This document shows positions 50,621 to 64,000 of a stretch of 64,000 bases of DNA, one piece after another. The stretch spans positions 3,474,001 to 3,538,000 of the forward strand of contig CM097885.1 in assembly GCA_044892525.1 (NCBI GenBank), read 5' to 3'. Every line of letters starts with the position of its first letter. Position 1 is the first letter of the stretch. Source of the DNA: Schmidtea polychroa (Eukaryota). The notes under the pieces were generated by a model. The model was given only the letters and a program-made list of their open reading frames with translations. It ran no database searches and was not told where the DNA came from. The translations under genes and the position numbers were made by a program.

Positions 50621-53600
50621 ACAGATAGCATTATGAAGTAGTTTGATTGGAAAAAATAACCGAAATACGAGAAATAGTGGTACCTACAGACAAAAGCGAG
50701 ATTTCAGGAATGTGGTAACCACAACGAGAAATAAGGGTACCTATGGATCAAGATGCGAGAAACACAAAGGATGAATTTCTGATAAAGCCGCGAGCAGAAA
50801 CTGAAATTTCTATCAACCATAATGTTTATATGAGTTTCATCTATAGCATTTTAGCTATTTTGAATAAAAGGACGTTGATTGTAATGATAGAAATCGAATT
50901 AGTAATAATAAGGTTTCTGATCAGATGATACAATAATTTTGTCAATTTTAGATAAAATGTTTGCAAGCGTATCATGAAAAGAAATAAATTTGAATAGTGG
51001 CAGGGATTCTCTTCCAACTCCTCAATCATTATTAAATAAACATTGCTTAATAAATATCAACAATAAGGTTACGTTGATTGTAATAATAGTAATCGAATTA
51101 GTAATTATAATGTTTCTGATCTGATGAAACAATTATTATAATAATTATGATTTATGAATGTTGTAAAATGTTGAAATATTTTGATAATTTTGTTAGTTTT
51201 AGATGGAAATCATGAAGAGAAATAAATTTGAAATTGATGAAAAAGTTACAAAGGTTTAATAGTAAAATTATTATAATAACAATGTTTAGACTATCTCTTC
51301 TGAAATCCATTCTATTATTGGCCTCATATATGCTGAAAAATGGACTCTTCTAACGCGCCAAGGCTATATTGCAAAATCAATTTTAATAGCAGTACAGCTG
51401 ACTTCCTCATAAAAACCGATATACTTACTGATGCCCAATTCTTCTTCCTTATTAGGGCACGCAATAACCTCTTAGAACTGATTTTTACACCCCATAGACC
51501 TAAAACAAAAAAAATCTTTACAATTTAGGATATGTAATTCACAACATGAAGCTCAAGCGCATGTCTTTAACCACTGTCCAGCAAAGATAAATGAGCGTAG
51601 AAACAAACACTCTCGTGTACTTGATGCCGTTTGTGAGTTTCTTCTTAACCTTAACTTTTATTTAGATGTTCAAAAGAAAAGAGAACTATTTCCAAAACAA
51701 CTGATAACGTCTCCGAGATGGCTTGTGTTGCCACCATGTATTGCCGAAACAACCACATCAATAAAAAAGAACAGGAAAGATTGACTGCATGCATGGTCAA
51801 CGAGGATCTATTGGACAAATATGCGAAGAGATTTAAAAAAGCAGAAGTAAAGCAGAATTCTTTTTATAAATTTTTTGATGCTTTTATAATTTTTATAATA
51901 ATTTTTTTATGATATTTATAAAATATTTTAATTATATATCAAGATTTTAGTCAAGATGGAACTAATGTTACAAAAATAAAGAATAGACCTTCATATTGTG
52001 CTCCTGAATTATTAGCTTATAGAATCAAGAAATTAACAGGAATCAATATAGAGGAAATTATACGAATGCATTACGAATCTATGCTGGAATCAAGATAGAA
52101 GAAATGTTCCCAATTATAAAGAATCGACTTTCATTATATTTGGAATAACGATCGAATTTGAAAAAAGTGGAAAAATAAAAATTAATTATATATCTTATAA
52201 TGGAAAACCCTTAATTGAGACATTTTTCGATGAGGGGATTAGAGCATTATGAAGTAGTTTGATTGGAAAAAATGACAAAAATACGAGAAATAGTGGTACC
52301 TACAGACCAAAACGAGATTTCAGGAATGTGGTAACCACAACGAGAAATAGGGGTACCTATGGATCAAGATTCGCGAAACCCAAAGGATGAATCTCTGATA
52401 AAGTCGCGAGCAGAAACTTTAAAAAAAATTGGACTTTAGGTTGTATCCCAATCACAACTGAAAAATCTATTTCCTTGATTACGCATTTAGGAAAAATTAA
52501 CTTAAGATTCATTGATGCTTATCAATTTGTTAATGAATTTTCAGCTAAAGCAGTCAAAACTTTGAATACTTTACCTTTAACTAATTCTGTTTTTACTGGC
52601 ACTATAGTTTCTGAAAAAGGAATCTTTCCTTATAATTTCGCTACATCTTTAGATATTCTCCAAACTACCTATGAATTACCAGAAATATGGGAAGGTGTCA
52701 CTGAACTTGAGTATGAAAAAGCTCAGGAGATTTGGGTTGAAGCTAATTGCGTAACTTTCTTAGATTACATGATGATATACTTAAAACTCGATTGTTTTCT
52801 TTTGGCTGATTTCTTTCAACAATTTCGTTTGAAATCTATTGCTCATACTAGATTAGAACCATTGAATTATTTCGGAATTCCTGGTATGTCTTCGTCTTCT
52901 GCATTAATGTCTTTAGATGAACCGATTGAACTGATAACTAGAAAATGTCTAGCTTTTATGAGGGTGGAATAAGAGGTGGTCTTACTTTTGTAAATAAACA
53001 TTATGTAAAAACCGATGAAAACACTAAGTTACTTTATATAGATATAAATATCAACATTACGGTTTATTTGTCTTTCGTCTATAGCATTTTAGCTATTTTG
53101 AATAAAAGGACGTTGATTGTAATGATAGAAATCGAATTAGTAATAATAAGGTTTCTGATCATTTCTAAACTTAAAGATATTAGGAAATTTGAAGCTAAAA
53201 ATCTAGGTTTAATAATTAATGTTTTTACATATGACAATAATAGACAATTAACCGAAAATGATGTATTAAAACATCAGCATATGGATATTATACATCGTTC
53301 CAAAGTTTTAAATGGAACTATAATTAATTTATTATTATTAAATAAAGGGAACAAATTCCATTACGTAGCTATAAGCAACTTAAATAGGTTAAAATAGGTT
53401 ACGATCATTTTGGTGCCAGCGGTGTTTGAACAGATAGCATTATGAAGTAGTTTGATTGGAAAAAATAACCGAAATACGAGAAATAGTGGTACCTACAGAC
53501 AAAAGCGAGATTTCAGGAATGTGGTAACTACAACGAGAAATAAGGGTACCTATGGATCAAGATGCGAGAAACACAAAGGATGAATTTCTGATAAAGCCGC

Positions 53601-56600
53601 GAGCAGAAACTGAAATTTCTATCAACCATAATGTTTATATGAGTTTCATCTATAGCATTTTAGCTATTTTGAATAAAAGGACGTTGATTGTAATGATAGA
53701 AATCGAATTAGTAATAATAAGGTTTCTGATCAGATGATACAATAATTTTGTCAATTTTAGATAAAATGTTTGCAAGCGTATCATGAAAAGAAATAAATTT
53801 GAATAGTGGCAGGGATTCTCTTCCAACTCCTCAATCATTATTAAATAAACATTGCTTAATAAATATCAACAATAAGGTTACGTTGATTGTAATAATAGTA
53901 ATCGAATTAGTAATTATAATGTTTCTGATCTGATGAAACAATTATTATAATAATTATGATTTATGAATGTTGTAAAATGTTGAAATATTTTGATAATTTT
54001 GTTAGTTTTAGATGGAAATCATGAAGAGAAATAAATTTGAAATTGATGAAAAAGTTACAAAGGTTTAATAGTAAAATTATTATAATAACAATGTTTAGAC
54101 TATCTCTTCTGAAATCCATTCTATTATTGGCCTCATATATGCTGAAAAATGGACTCTTCTAACGCGCCAAGGCTATATTGCAAAATCAATTTTAATAGCA
54201 GTACAGCTGACTTCCTCATAAAAACCGATATACTTACTGATGCCCAATTCTTCTTCCTTATTAGGGCACGCAATAACCTCTTAGAACTGATTTTTACACC
54301 CCATAGACCTAAAACAAAAAAAATCTTTACAATTTAGGATATGTAATTCACAACATGAAGCTCAAGCGCATGTCTTTAACCACTGTCCAGCAAAGATAAA
54401 TGAGCGTAGAAACAAACACTCTCGTGTACTTGATGCCGTTTGTGAGTTTCTTCTTAACCTTAACTTTTATTTAGATGTTCAAAAGAAAAGAGAACTATTT
54501 CCAAAACAACTGATAACGTCTCCGAGATGGCTTGTGTTGCCACCATGTATTGCCGAAACAACCACATCAATAAAAAAGAACAGGAAAGATTGACTGCATG
54601 CATGGTCAACGAGGATCTATTGGACAAATATGCGAAGAGATTTAAAAAAGCAGAAGTAAAGCAGAATTCTTTTTATAAATTTTTTGATGCTTTTATAATT
54701 TTTATAATAATTTTTTTATGATATTTATAAAATATTTTAATTATATATCAAGATTTTAGTCAAGATGGAACTAATGTTACAAAAATAAAGAATAGACCTT
54801 CATATTGTGCTCCTGAATTATTAGCTTATAGAATCAAGAAATTAACAGGAATCAATATAGAGGAAATTATACGAATGCATTACGAATCTATGCTGGAATC
54901 AAGATAGAAGAAATGTTCCCAATTATAAAGAATCGACTTTCATTATATTTGGAATAACGATCGAATTTGAAAAAAGTGGAAAAATAAAAATTAATTATAT
55001 ATCTTATAATGGAAAACCCTTAATTGAGACATTTTTCGATGAGGGGATTAGAGCATTATGAAGTAGTTTGATTGGAAAAAATGACAAAAATACGAGAAAT
55101 AGTGGTACCTACAGACCAAAACGAGATTTCAGGAATGTGGTAACCACAACGAGAAATAGGGGTACCTATGGATCAAGATTCGCGAAACCCAAAGGATGAA
55201 TCTCTGATAAAGTCGCGAGCAGAAACTTTAAAAAAAATTGGACTTTAGGTTGTATCCCAATCACAACTGAAAAATCTATTTCTTTGATTACGCATTTAGG
55301 AAAAATTAACTTAAGATTCATTGATGCTTATCAATTTGTTAATGAATTTTCAGCTAAAGCAGTCAAAACTTTGAATACTTTACCTTTAACTAATTCTGTT
55401 TTTACTGGCACTATAGTTTCTGAAAAAGGAATCTTTCCTTATAATTTCGCTACATCTTTAGATATTCTCCAAACTACCTATGAATTACCAGAAATATGGG
55501 AAGGTGTCACTGAACTTGAGTATGAAAAAGCTCAGGAGATTTGGGTTGAAGCTAATTGCGTAACTTTCTTAGATTACATGATGATATACTTAAAACTCGA
55601 TTGTTTTCTTTTGGCTGATTTCTTTCAACAATTTCGTTTGAAATCTATTGCTCATACTAGATTAGAACCATTGAATTATTTCGGAATTCCTGGTATGTCT
55701 TCGTCTTCTGCATTAATGTCTTTAGATGAACCGATTGAACTGATAACTAGAAAATGTCTAGCTTTTATGAGGGTGGAATAAGAGGTGGTCTTACTTTTGT
55801 AAATAAACATTATGTAAAAACCGATGAAAACACTAAGTTACTTTATATAGATATAAATATCAACATTACGGTTTATTTGTCTTTCGTCTATAGCATTTTA
55901 GCTATTTTGAATAAAAGGACGTTGATTGTAATGATAGAAATCGAATTAGTAATAATAAGGTTTCTGATCATTTCTAAACTTAAAGATATTAGGAAATTTG
56001 AAGCTAAAAATCTAGGTTTAATAATTAATGTTTTTACATATGACAATAATAGACAATTAACCGAAAATGATGTATTAAAACATCAGCATATGGATATTAT
56101 ACATCGTTCCAAAGTTTTAAATGGAACTATAATTAATTTATTATTATTAAATAAAGGGAACAAATTCCATTACGTAGCTATAAGCAACTTAAATAGGTTA
56201 AAATAGGTTACGATCATTTTGGTGCCAGCGGTGTTTGAACAGATAGCATTATGAAGTAGTTTGATTGGAAAAAATAACCGAAATACGAGAAATAGTGGTA
56301 CCTACAGACAAAAGCGAGATTTCAGGAATGTGGTAACTACAACGAGAAATAAGGGTACCTATGGATCAAGATGCGAGAAACACAAAGGATGAATTTCTGA
56401 TAAAGCCGCGAGCAGAAACTGAAATTTCTATCAACCATAATGTTTATATGAGTTTCATCTATAGCATTTTAGCTATTTTGAATAAAAGGACGTTGATTGT
56501 AATGATAGAAATCGAATTAGTAATAATAAGGTTTCTGATCAGATGATACAATAATTTTGTCAATTTTAGATAAAATGTTTGCAAGCGTATCATGAAAAGA

Positions 56601-58238
56601 AATAAATTTGAATAGTGGCAGGGATTCTCTTCCAACTCCTCAATCATTATTAAATAAACATTGCTTAATAAATATCAACAATAAGGTTACGTTGATTGTA
56701 ATAATAGTAATCGAATTAGTAATTATAATGTTTCTGATCTGATGAAACAATTATTATAATAATTATGATTTATGAATGTTGTAAAATGTTGAAATATTTT
56801 GATAATTTTGTTAGTTTTAGATGGAAATCATGAAGAGAAATAAATTTGAAATTGATGAAAAAGTTACAAAGGTTTAATAGTAAAATTATTATAATAACAA
56901 TGTTTAGACTATCTCTTCTGAAATCCATTCTATTATTGGCCTCATATATGCTGAAAAATGGACTCTTCTAACGCGCCAAGGCTATATTGCAAAATCAATT
57001 TTAATAGCAGTACAGCTGACTTCCTCATAAAAACCGATATACTTACTGATGCCCAATTCTTCTTCCTTATTAGGGCACGCAATAACCTCTTAGAACTGAT
57101 TTTTACACCCCATAGACCTAAAACAAAAAAAATCTTTACAATTTAGGATATGTAATTCACAACATGAAGCTCAAGCGCATGTCTTTAACCACTGTCCAGC
57201 AAAGATAAATGAGCGTAGAAACAAACAGTCTCGTGTACTTGATGCCGTTTGTGAGTTTCTTCTTAACCTTAACTTTTATTTAGATGTTCAAAAGAAAAGA
57301 GAACTATTTCCAAAACAACTGATAACGTCTCCGAGATGGCTTGTGTTGCCACCATGTATTGCCGAAACAACCACATCAATAAAAAAGAACAGGAAAGATT
57401 GACTGCATGCATGGTCAACGAGGATCTATTGGACAAATATGCGAAGAGATTTAAAAAAGCAGAAGTAAAGCAGAATTCTTTTTATAAATTTTTTGATGCT
57501 TTTATAATTTTTATAATAATTTTTTTATGATATTTATAAAATATTTTAATTATATATCAAGATTTTAGTCAAGATGGAACTAATGTTACAAAAATAAAGA
57601 ATAGACCTTCATATTGTGCTCCTGAATTATTAGCTTATAGAATCAAGAAATTAACAGGAATCAATATAGAGGAAATTATACGAATGCATTACGAATCTAT
57701 GCTGGAATCAAGATAGAAGAAATGTTCCCAATTATAAAGAATCGACTTTCATTATATTTGGAATAACGATCGAATTTGAAAAAAGTGGAAAAATAAAAAT
57801 TAATTATATATCTTATAATGGAAAACCCTTAATTGAGACATTTTTCGATGAGGGGATTAGAGCATTATGAAGTAGTTTGATTGGAAAAAATGACAAAAAT
57901 ACGAGAAATAGTGGTACCTACAGACCAAAACGAGATTTCAGGAATGTGGTAACCACAACGAGAAATAGGGGTACCTATGGATCAAGATTCGCGAAACCCA
58001 AAGGATGAATCTCTGATAAAGTCGCGAGCAGAAACTTTAAAAAAAATTGGACTTTAGGTTGTATCCCAATCACAACTGAAAAATCTATTTCTTTGATTAC
58101 GCATTTAGGAAAAATTAACTTAAGATTCATTGATGCTTATCAATTTGTTAATGAATTTTCAGCTAAAGCAGTCAAAACTTTGAATACTTTACCTTTAACT
58201 AATTCTGTTTTTACTGGCACTATAGTTTCTGAAAAAGG
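50358..58238 (+). repeat. Tandem array of a 2809-bp chimeric unit (2.8 copies, starting 50358, 53167, 55976)
   Basis: ORFs repeat at offset 2809. Unit holds pPolB pieces (KGIFPYNF, GIRGG) and non-LTR pieces (IRARNNLL, HVFNHC). Confidence 0.97.
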
Positions 58239-59492
58239 TAATTGTGAAAAAGTTGTGTAATGTAGTGCTGTCAATTTCAGTTAGTACGAATTATTTTGTA
58301 ATATTATTACCGTTATTGAAATATTATTGAAAATATTATTTTGAAATATTATTACCGTTAGAAAAATGCATCTAGAGTTCATAATAAGTAGTAAAGGAAG
58401 ATCTGTGCTAGTTCATGAGGGATATGAATTCTGGCTCAAGAAGAAGGCGCTAAACGGAAACATGAATTGGAGATGTACCAAGCATCAAGTGTCAGGTAAC
58501 ATTAGTGACAGACAGCGGTAAAATAATCAAGCAGTTATCTACTCACAATCATGAATGTAACAGAGAGAAGGCGATGGCAAAGAATGCGGTAGGAAAAATG
58601 AAGCAGAAGATGACTGAAGCAACAACAACGGCGAGGGCTTGTCAAGCTGCGGTAAACGTCGATTTACCTCCATCTGTTCAAATGGCTCTACCAAGTAAAA
58701 GTATTATAAACAGGACTCTGAATCGACATCGTGACAGACTCAGAAACCAAGATGTGGGGGGAGCTCTACCACCTCTTCCTGTTGATGCAATGTTTGAAGT
58801 ACCAGCATTATACAAGGAGTTCCTATTACACGACTCCATGGAAACAAGCAACGATAGTCGCTTTCTAGTTTTCGGTGACAGGCAATTGCTAGACTGGCTC
58901 GGAAGCAGCAAATGTTGGTTCGCCGACGGCACTTTCAAAGTTGTCCCCAGTTTATTCTATCAACTCTACACAATCCATTTCCAATTTGCGCAAGGAGTGA
59001 TTCCACCGGTGCTTTACTGCCTGCTTCAGGACAAATCAAGTGTAACCTATAATAGATTGTTGAATGTTGTCAGAGAACTAATACCTAATGCAGCTCCAGA
59101 TATTATATTAACAGACTTTGAGAAAGCTGCAATGACCGCTTTTCAAGAGAATTTTCCGTCATGTAGAGTAACGGGATGTTATTTTCACTTAAGTCAAGCG
59201 GTATTACGCAAAGTCGCCGAATTGGGTATGAGAAGTGATTATGACGAAAACGACGAGTTACGTGGAATGGTCAGATGCCTCCCAGCATTGGCCTATGTTC
59301 GTGAAGAAGACATTGTTGATTCTTTACTAAATAATTATAAAAATAATTGTTTGAATTAAATTCTTTCATAATTTTAAACTTAAAATGGCATTTTTGGGAT
59401 TAAGTGTCGGGGATTAAGTGACTCGGGGATTAAGTGACTCGGGGATTAAGTGACTCGGGGATTAATGGACGGGGATTAAGTGACTGGTAATC
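58239..59492 (+). mobile_element. Second MULE relic with FLYWCH-MULE transposase
   Basis: From ATG 58366: HEGYEF..NWRC..HNH (FLYWCH), WFADGTFK, DFEKA, GCYFHL; internal deletions; one terminus with 17-bp repeats. Confidence 0.88.
59396..59486. repeat. 17-bp tandem repeat GGGGATTAAGTGACTCG-like (MULE terminal repeats)
   Basis: About six units read directly. Confidence 0.9.
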
Positions 59493-60270
59493 GAATTAGT
59501 AATTATATTATTTCTTATCAGATGAAACAATAATTATGATAAGTATGATTTATGAATGTTGTAAAATGCTGAAATATTTTGATAATTTTGTTAATTTTAG
59601 ATAAAATGTTTGCAAGCGTATGTGAAATCATGAAAAGAAATAAATTTGAATACTAGGACGGATTCTCTTCCAACTCCTCTAACATTATTAAATAAACATT
59701 GCTTAATAAATATCAACAATAAGTTTTATTTGAGTTTCATCTATAGCATTTTAGCTATTTTGAAATATAATGACGTATATAGTAATAATATATATCGAAT
59801 TAGTAATAATAAGGTTTCTGATCAGATGAAACAATAATTATAAAAAGTAAGATTTATGAATGTTGTAAAATGTTGAAATATTTTTATAATTTTGTCAATT
59901 TTAGATAAAATGTTTTCAAGCTTATGGGAAATCATGAAAAGAAATAAATTTGAATAGTGCTTAAAAAATATCAGCAATAAGGTTTATTTGAGTTTCATCT
60001 ATTGCATTTTAGCTATTTTGAAACATAACGACGTTGATTGTAATAATAGAAATCGAATTAGTAATTATAATGTTTCTTATCTGATGAAACAATTATTATA
60101 ATAATTATGATTTATGAATGTTGTAAAATGTTGAAATATTTTGATAATTTTGTTTTTTTTTAGATGGAAATCATGAAGAGAAATAAAATTTGAATTTAAT
60201 GATGAAATCTGCAGTGATTTAATATGCAGAAAAAATTACAAAGGTTTTAGAGTAAAATTATTATCATAAC
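59490..60270 (+). repeat. Degenerate ~250-300 bp repeats derived from pPolB N-terminal coding sequence
   Basis: Translation NKHCLININNKFYLSFIYSILAILKYND; related copies at ~11340-11640, 49740-50030 and within the 2809-bp unit. Confidence 0.75.
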
Positions 60271-60600
60271 TTTTATTTATTCTGATTTTAACACTTATTT
60301 TTTTATCCTTTGAATTAAAAATAGTAAAACTAAAAACCAGGTTAAAAAACACATTAACGTAGCTAGAAAGAGGGCTATTTATGGGACTTTATAGAGATTA
60401 TTCCAGAAGGATCGAAGTGCGGCCGCTAGCACTATCTTAGAAGTTAAGCTGGATAGTCTGCTGTTAGACGATGGTCTAATGCCGGGTAGAGGTATTCATT
60501 TTCTCGAAAACTACCACTCAGATCCATCTGAAAATTTAAATATATACTTAAATCAGTACGCTGAATCAGATTCCGTTGAAAATAAAATATCGAAAAAAAT

Positions 60601-60674
60601 TGACCAAAATCGAAAATTGAACCCGGTACTCCCGGTGATAAAATTGAAGCCTATTCCCACTCCGCTATAATGGC
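60601..60674 (-). ncRNA. tRNA-like cassette C, second copy
   Basis: Identical to 18243-18316. Confidence 0.5.
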
Positions 60675-60730
60675 TTACATAATATATTTAATTAATCCTA
60701 TTGTGTGTGTGTAAATTTTAATATATAAAA

Positions 60731-62023
60731 ATGAATAATATAAATCTTAAAATTCAAGAAAAAAATAAATTAAATCTTGATTATAATAAAGAATTTACTC
60801 ATGAAATCAAAAGAAATGATGTACTTAAAATCTCCCCAACTTCAGGATCTATTGCAAACTTAAATCGTAGGGGTGATATAGTTTTTCAATCTCTTCAAAC
60901 ATCAAACCCAATAGATATTTGTAATGCCAAATTATATTATAAAATCGAATTAGAAATTGAAGCAAACACAGATATAACCCTAGAAAATAATTTCTTTCCA
61001 AATTTATTCTCCAACATGAGATTAAAACTAGGATCATCAGAAATTGAAACTGTTTTACATCCGGGAGTATATTCTACAATGTTAAATTTTATTTTGACTG
61101 GTTGTGATTATAAAAATGAATATGGTGAATTAACAGGCTGGATTCCTGATGTTAATAAAGGAGATTTAGATAAAGCTGGTTTAGATATAAATTATGGTTA
61201 CTATAAAAGAGCTGAACTTTATAAATCTAAAAAATTTGAAGGTTATTTTGAATTAAAACACTTATTTGAATTCATTCAAAACTATAACCGTATACTTCAT
61301 AATGTTTTTATAGAATTAGTTTGTAATAGAGTAGAAGGTGATAAAAGATTGTTCTATGGAGCTGCAGATACAACAGCTAAATTAAAAATATCAACACTTG
61401 AATTGCATATACCTGAATGGACATTAAATCCACATTCCGAAATCAAACTCCTTGAAAGATTAAATTCCAACAAGTCTATAAATGTAAATTATTTAAATAG
61501 AATCTGTAGTGAATTTAGTATGACAGAGGGTTCAACATATTCTATAAAGGTAGCAAATTTAGCATACCGACCAAGATATATCTTGATTGGATTCAAAGAA
61601 GTAGATTCATCTTTCCAAAAAAATAACAACTTGTTTATTCAAAAGATTGGAGATGATAATTTAAAAACAATCCAAATTCAATTAAATAGTTCTTATTATC
61701 CAATAAATAGAATGGAATTTAATATTGAAAATAATGAAAACATATTCCCATATCTAAATTATATTGAAACATGTTATGATTTCAAAGTTGAACCGCAATT
61801 AAGTTTAGAAGATTTCAAAAATTTATATTCTATATTTTGTATAAATGTTTCAGACCAAGATGATCGCCTAGCCATAAATAATGTTGATGTTACACTTCAT
61901 ATAACAAAGAATTCTAATTTTAAAGCTAAAGTATATACATTAATATTAGAAGAAAAGAAAATAGAAATGAAATTATATGGTGGAAAGATTTCAATAATCG
62001 AAAATGTTAGAAGAGATTCTTAA
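60731..62023 (+). CDS. Polinton major capsid protein
   Basis: Intact paralogue of 18373..19659. Confidence 0.9.
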   Translation: MNNINLKIQEKNKLNLDYNKEFTHEIKRNDVLKISPTSGSIANLNRRGDIVFQSLQTSNPIDICNAKLYYKIELEIEANTDITLENNFFPNLFSNMRLKLGSSEIETVLHPGVYSTMLNFILTGCDYKNEYGELTGWIPDVNKGDLDKAGLDINYGYYKRAELYKSKKFEGYFELKHLFEFIQNYNRILHNVFIELVCNRVEGDKRLFYGAADTTAKLKISTLELHIPEWTLNPHSEIKLLERLNSNKSINVNYLNRICSEFSMTEGSTYSIKVANLAYRPRYILIGFKEVDSSFQKNNNLFIQKIGDDNLKTIQIQLNSSYYPINRMEFNIENNENIFPYLNYIETCYDFKVEPQLSLEDFKNLYSIFCINVSDQDDRLAINNVDVTLHITKNSNFKAKVYTLILEEKKIEMKLYGGKISIIENVRRDS

Positions 62024-62040
62024 TATTTTAACATTTTAAA

Positions 62041-63381
62041 ATGTCTCTCTATTGGAGATGTGAAAGTTGTAATTGTCAAGTTACAAGACATCATAAAGCA
62101 AGTCATCTAAAAACTAAAAAACATATAGGAGGCGATCTACAATCTTCAAAAGTGACATCTTCAATATTAAAACCTTTTACTAATGAAAAATATCCAGGTG
62201 AAAGACATTTATTTAAACACAACTATACCGGACCAGGAACAAGATTAGATATTAGATTAGATGAAAATAATAATCCTAAACAAGGAGAAGAACCAATAAA
62301 TAGAATTGATCAAGCAGCTTTAAAACATGATATTGTTTACAATTCAACAAATCTTAGAGATAGACATGTTGCAGATGTGAATTTAATACATGATTTAAAT
62401 AATATACAAAATCCATCAACTCAAGAAAAGATTCAAAGAGCTCTAGTTAAATTAGCAATGAAAGGTAAGATTTTTATAGGTGCAGGACTTACTAGGAAAG
62501 CAAAAGATGTTGCTAATAAAAAGATCCTCGAACAAGCAGACGCTGAAAGATCCCTCGAGAATATATCCAAGACTAGTTTACAAACCCCAACAGAATCACA
62601 AATAAAATATGCCAACGAATTACACCATGAATTTAGAAAAAATAAAAAATATTTAAAAGTTCAAGTACATGAAAAAGATCAAACATGGTCTGCAGATTTA
62701 GTCTTTATGCCAACCAAATCATCAGACCCTGAAAAATATAAAATAATTTTAACAGTAATAGATTTATATACAAGATTTGCTTTTGCAAGGTGTTTAGAAA
62801 ATAAAACAGGATATTCTATTACAGAAGCATTTGAAAATATATTTGAACAACATCAAAGAATTCCAAAATATTTATGGTGTGATAAAGGAACAGAATTTTA
62901 TAACAAAGTTTTTACAAAGTTTTTAAATGAAAATGATATTAAATTATATTCAACAGAAAACGAAGGAAAAGCAGTTGTGGTTGAAAGATTAAATAGAACA
63001 TTAAAAAATAAAATGTGGAAATATTTTACGGCTATTGGAAAACAAAAATGGAACAATGAATTGTTACAAAAGATTGTAAATGAATATAATAATGATGTAC
63101 ATAGTTCTATAAAATCAACACCTTTAAATGCTTCCATAAATCCTGAAACCATTAAAGTGGTAAATATTGAAAATGATGTTATTGAAAAACCAAAGTTTAA
63201 AATTGGTGACCGAGTAAGAATATTTAAATATAAACATAAATTTGAAAAAGGATTCACAGCAAAATGGACAAATGAAATTTTTATTATAAATAAAATAAAT
63301 TATACAACTCCAATAACATATAGCATCATTGATTTAAATAATGAAAAAATATTAGGTAGATTTTATAAAACAGATTTCTGA
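62041..63381 (+). CDS. Zn finger-PLA2-integrase fusion
   Basis: Paralogue of 19689..21098; indels in the linkers are in frame; last residues altered. Confidence 0.92.
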   Translation: MSLYWRCESCNCQVTRHHKASHLKTKKHIGGDLQSSKVTSSILKPFTNEKYPGERHLFKHNYTGPGTRLDIRLDENNNPKQGEEPINRIDQAALKHDIVYNSTNLRDRHVADVNLIHDLNNIQNPSTQEKIQRALVKLAMKGKIFIGAGLTRKAKDVANKKILEQADAERSLENISKTSLQTPTESQIKYANELHHEFRKNKKYLKVQVHEKDQTWSADLVFMPTKSSDPEKYKIILTVIDLYTRFAFARCLENKTGYSITEAFENIFEQHQRIPKYLWCDKGTEFYNKVFTKFLNENDIKLYSTENEGKAVVVERLNRTLKNKMWKYFTAIGKQKWNNELLQKIVNEYNNDVHSSIKSTPLNASINPETIKVVNIENDVIEKPKFKIGDRVRIFKYKHKFEKGFTAKWTNEIFIINKINYTTPITYSIIDLNNEKILGRFYKTDF

Positions 63382-63396
63382 ACTATAGAAAACAAG

Positions 63397-64000
63397 TTAA
63401 AACAAACTTTTCCATATTTCAGCTTCTTCTCTATCCAAATAAATATAATTATATTTTTCTTTCCAATGATTATCAACAAACATATCAAACATATTCTTAT
63501 CAGGTTCAACATTTGAAAATAAATCATATTCTTATCACGGCGATCTAATTTAAAAAATATAAAACAATTAGAATTATTTCTTATAGAGGTTTTATCTAAA
63601 GCATAATAAGTTTGAGATATATAAATAACATTACAATTATTATGTCTTCCTCTTGTAAAGTAACTCTTTTGAATCTCTTGATTTTTCATGTTAACAACAT
63701 CATCAAATATAACTAGATTCTTTTTATCTTTAGGAAGTAAATCACAATGTAAAACATCTTCAGGTTTATTAGAGAATAAAACTTGAATCGCCTCTGCCTG
63801 CCCCTCATCTTCACAGATGTAATCAATTTTATTACTAATATCTGATTCTAAAATCTTTTCCTTATACCAATCAACCATATCACAAGGTTGAAAAACTTCT
63901 TCAGGACATCTATGTTGATTTTTAAAAATATCAATTATAGCTTTTTTAGTTAATTTATTTTCAAATCCACATTTCAAAAGTTGTAATTCTGGTTGATTTA
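63397..64000 (-). pseudogene. Packaging ATPase, frameshifted, partial
   Basis: 10-bp deletion of a TATAAATCAT direct repeat at ~63525 relative to the copy at 21110..21916. Confidence 0.9.

Larger units (their letters stand above)
60494..64000. mobile_element. Second copy of Polinton B family, left end missing, runs off the window
   Basis: Colinear with 18136-21720 at high identity. Confidence 0.95.

Noticed and set aside
59396..59486. Telomeric repeat or CRISPR
   Set aside because: Head-to-tail 17-mers at a MULE terminus, not TTAGGG-type and without spacers.
60479..60670. 63-aa ORF before the second capsid gene
   Set aside because: Spans the truncation junction and is antisense to cassette C; no equivalent start in the intact element.

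Overview
Very AT-rich eukaryotic DNA, probably an invertebrate (inferred from 43-52 nt GT-AG introns and (AAT)n microsatellites). It is almost entirely mobile elements, dominated by Polinton/Maverick (adintovirus-like) endogenous viruses. (1) 1-8.66 kb: decayed Polinton A with core proteins, integrase, minor and major capsid, adenain-like protease and an apparently spliced pPolB. It is interrupted by a NeSL/R2-superfamily non-LTR retrotransposon relic. (2) 16695-35438: structurally complete Polinton B with AGTAGT...ACTACT termini, ~0.9 kb TIRs, a 6-bp TSD (AAAATA) and a full virion gene set. It also has a Zn-finger/parvovirus-type PLA2/integrase fusion, a 3667-bp internal tandem duplication and a few point lesions. 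(3) Gypsy relics, a TSD-bounded MULE and a second MULE. (4) A 2809-bp tandem array built from Polinton pPolB and non-LTR fragments. (5) A second, truncated copy of Polinton B from ~60.5 kb. The most unusual signals are three different 73-74 nt tRNA-shaped RNA polymerase III-type cassettes carried by Polinton B (possible analogues of adenovirus VA RNAs), all-phase-1 spliced leader exons in front of pPolB, and an (ATT)n insertion with GT-AG ends beside the integrase catalytic Asp. No convincing host gene was found.
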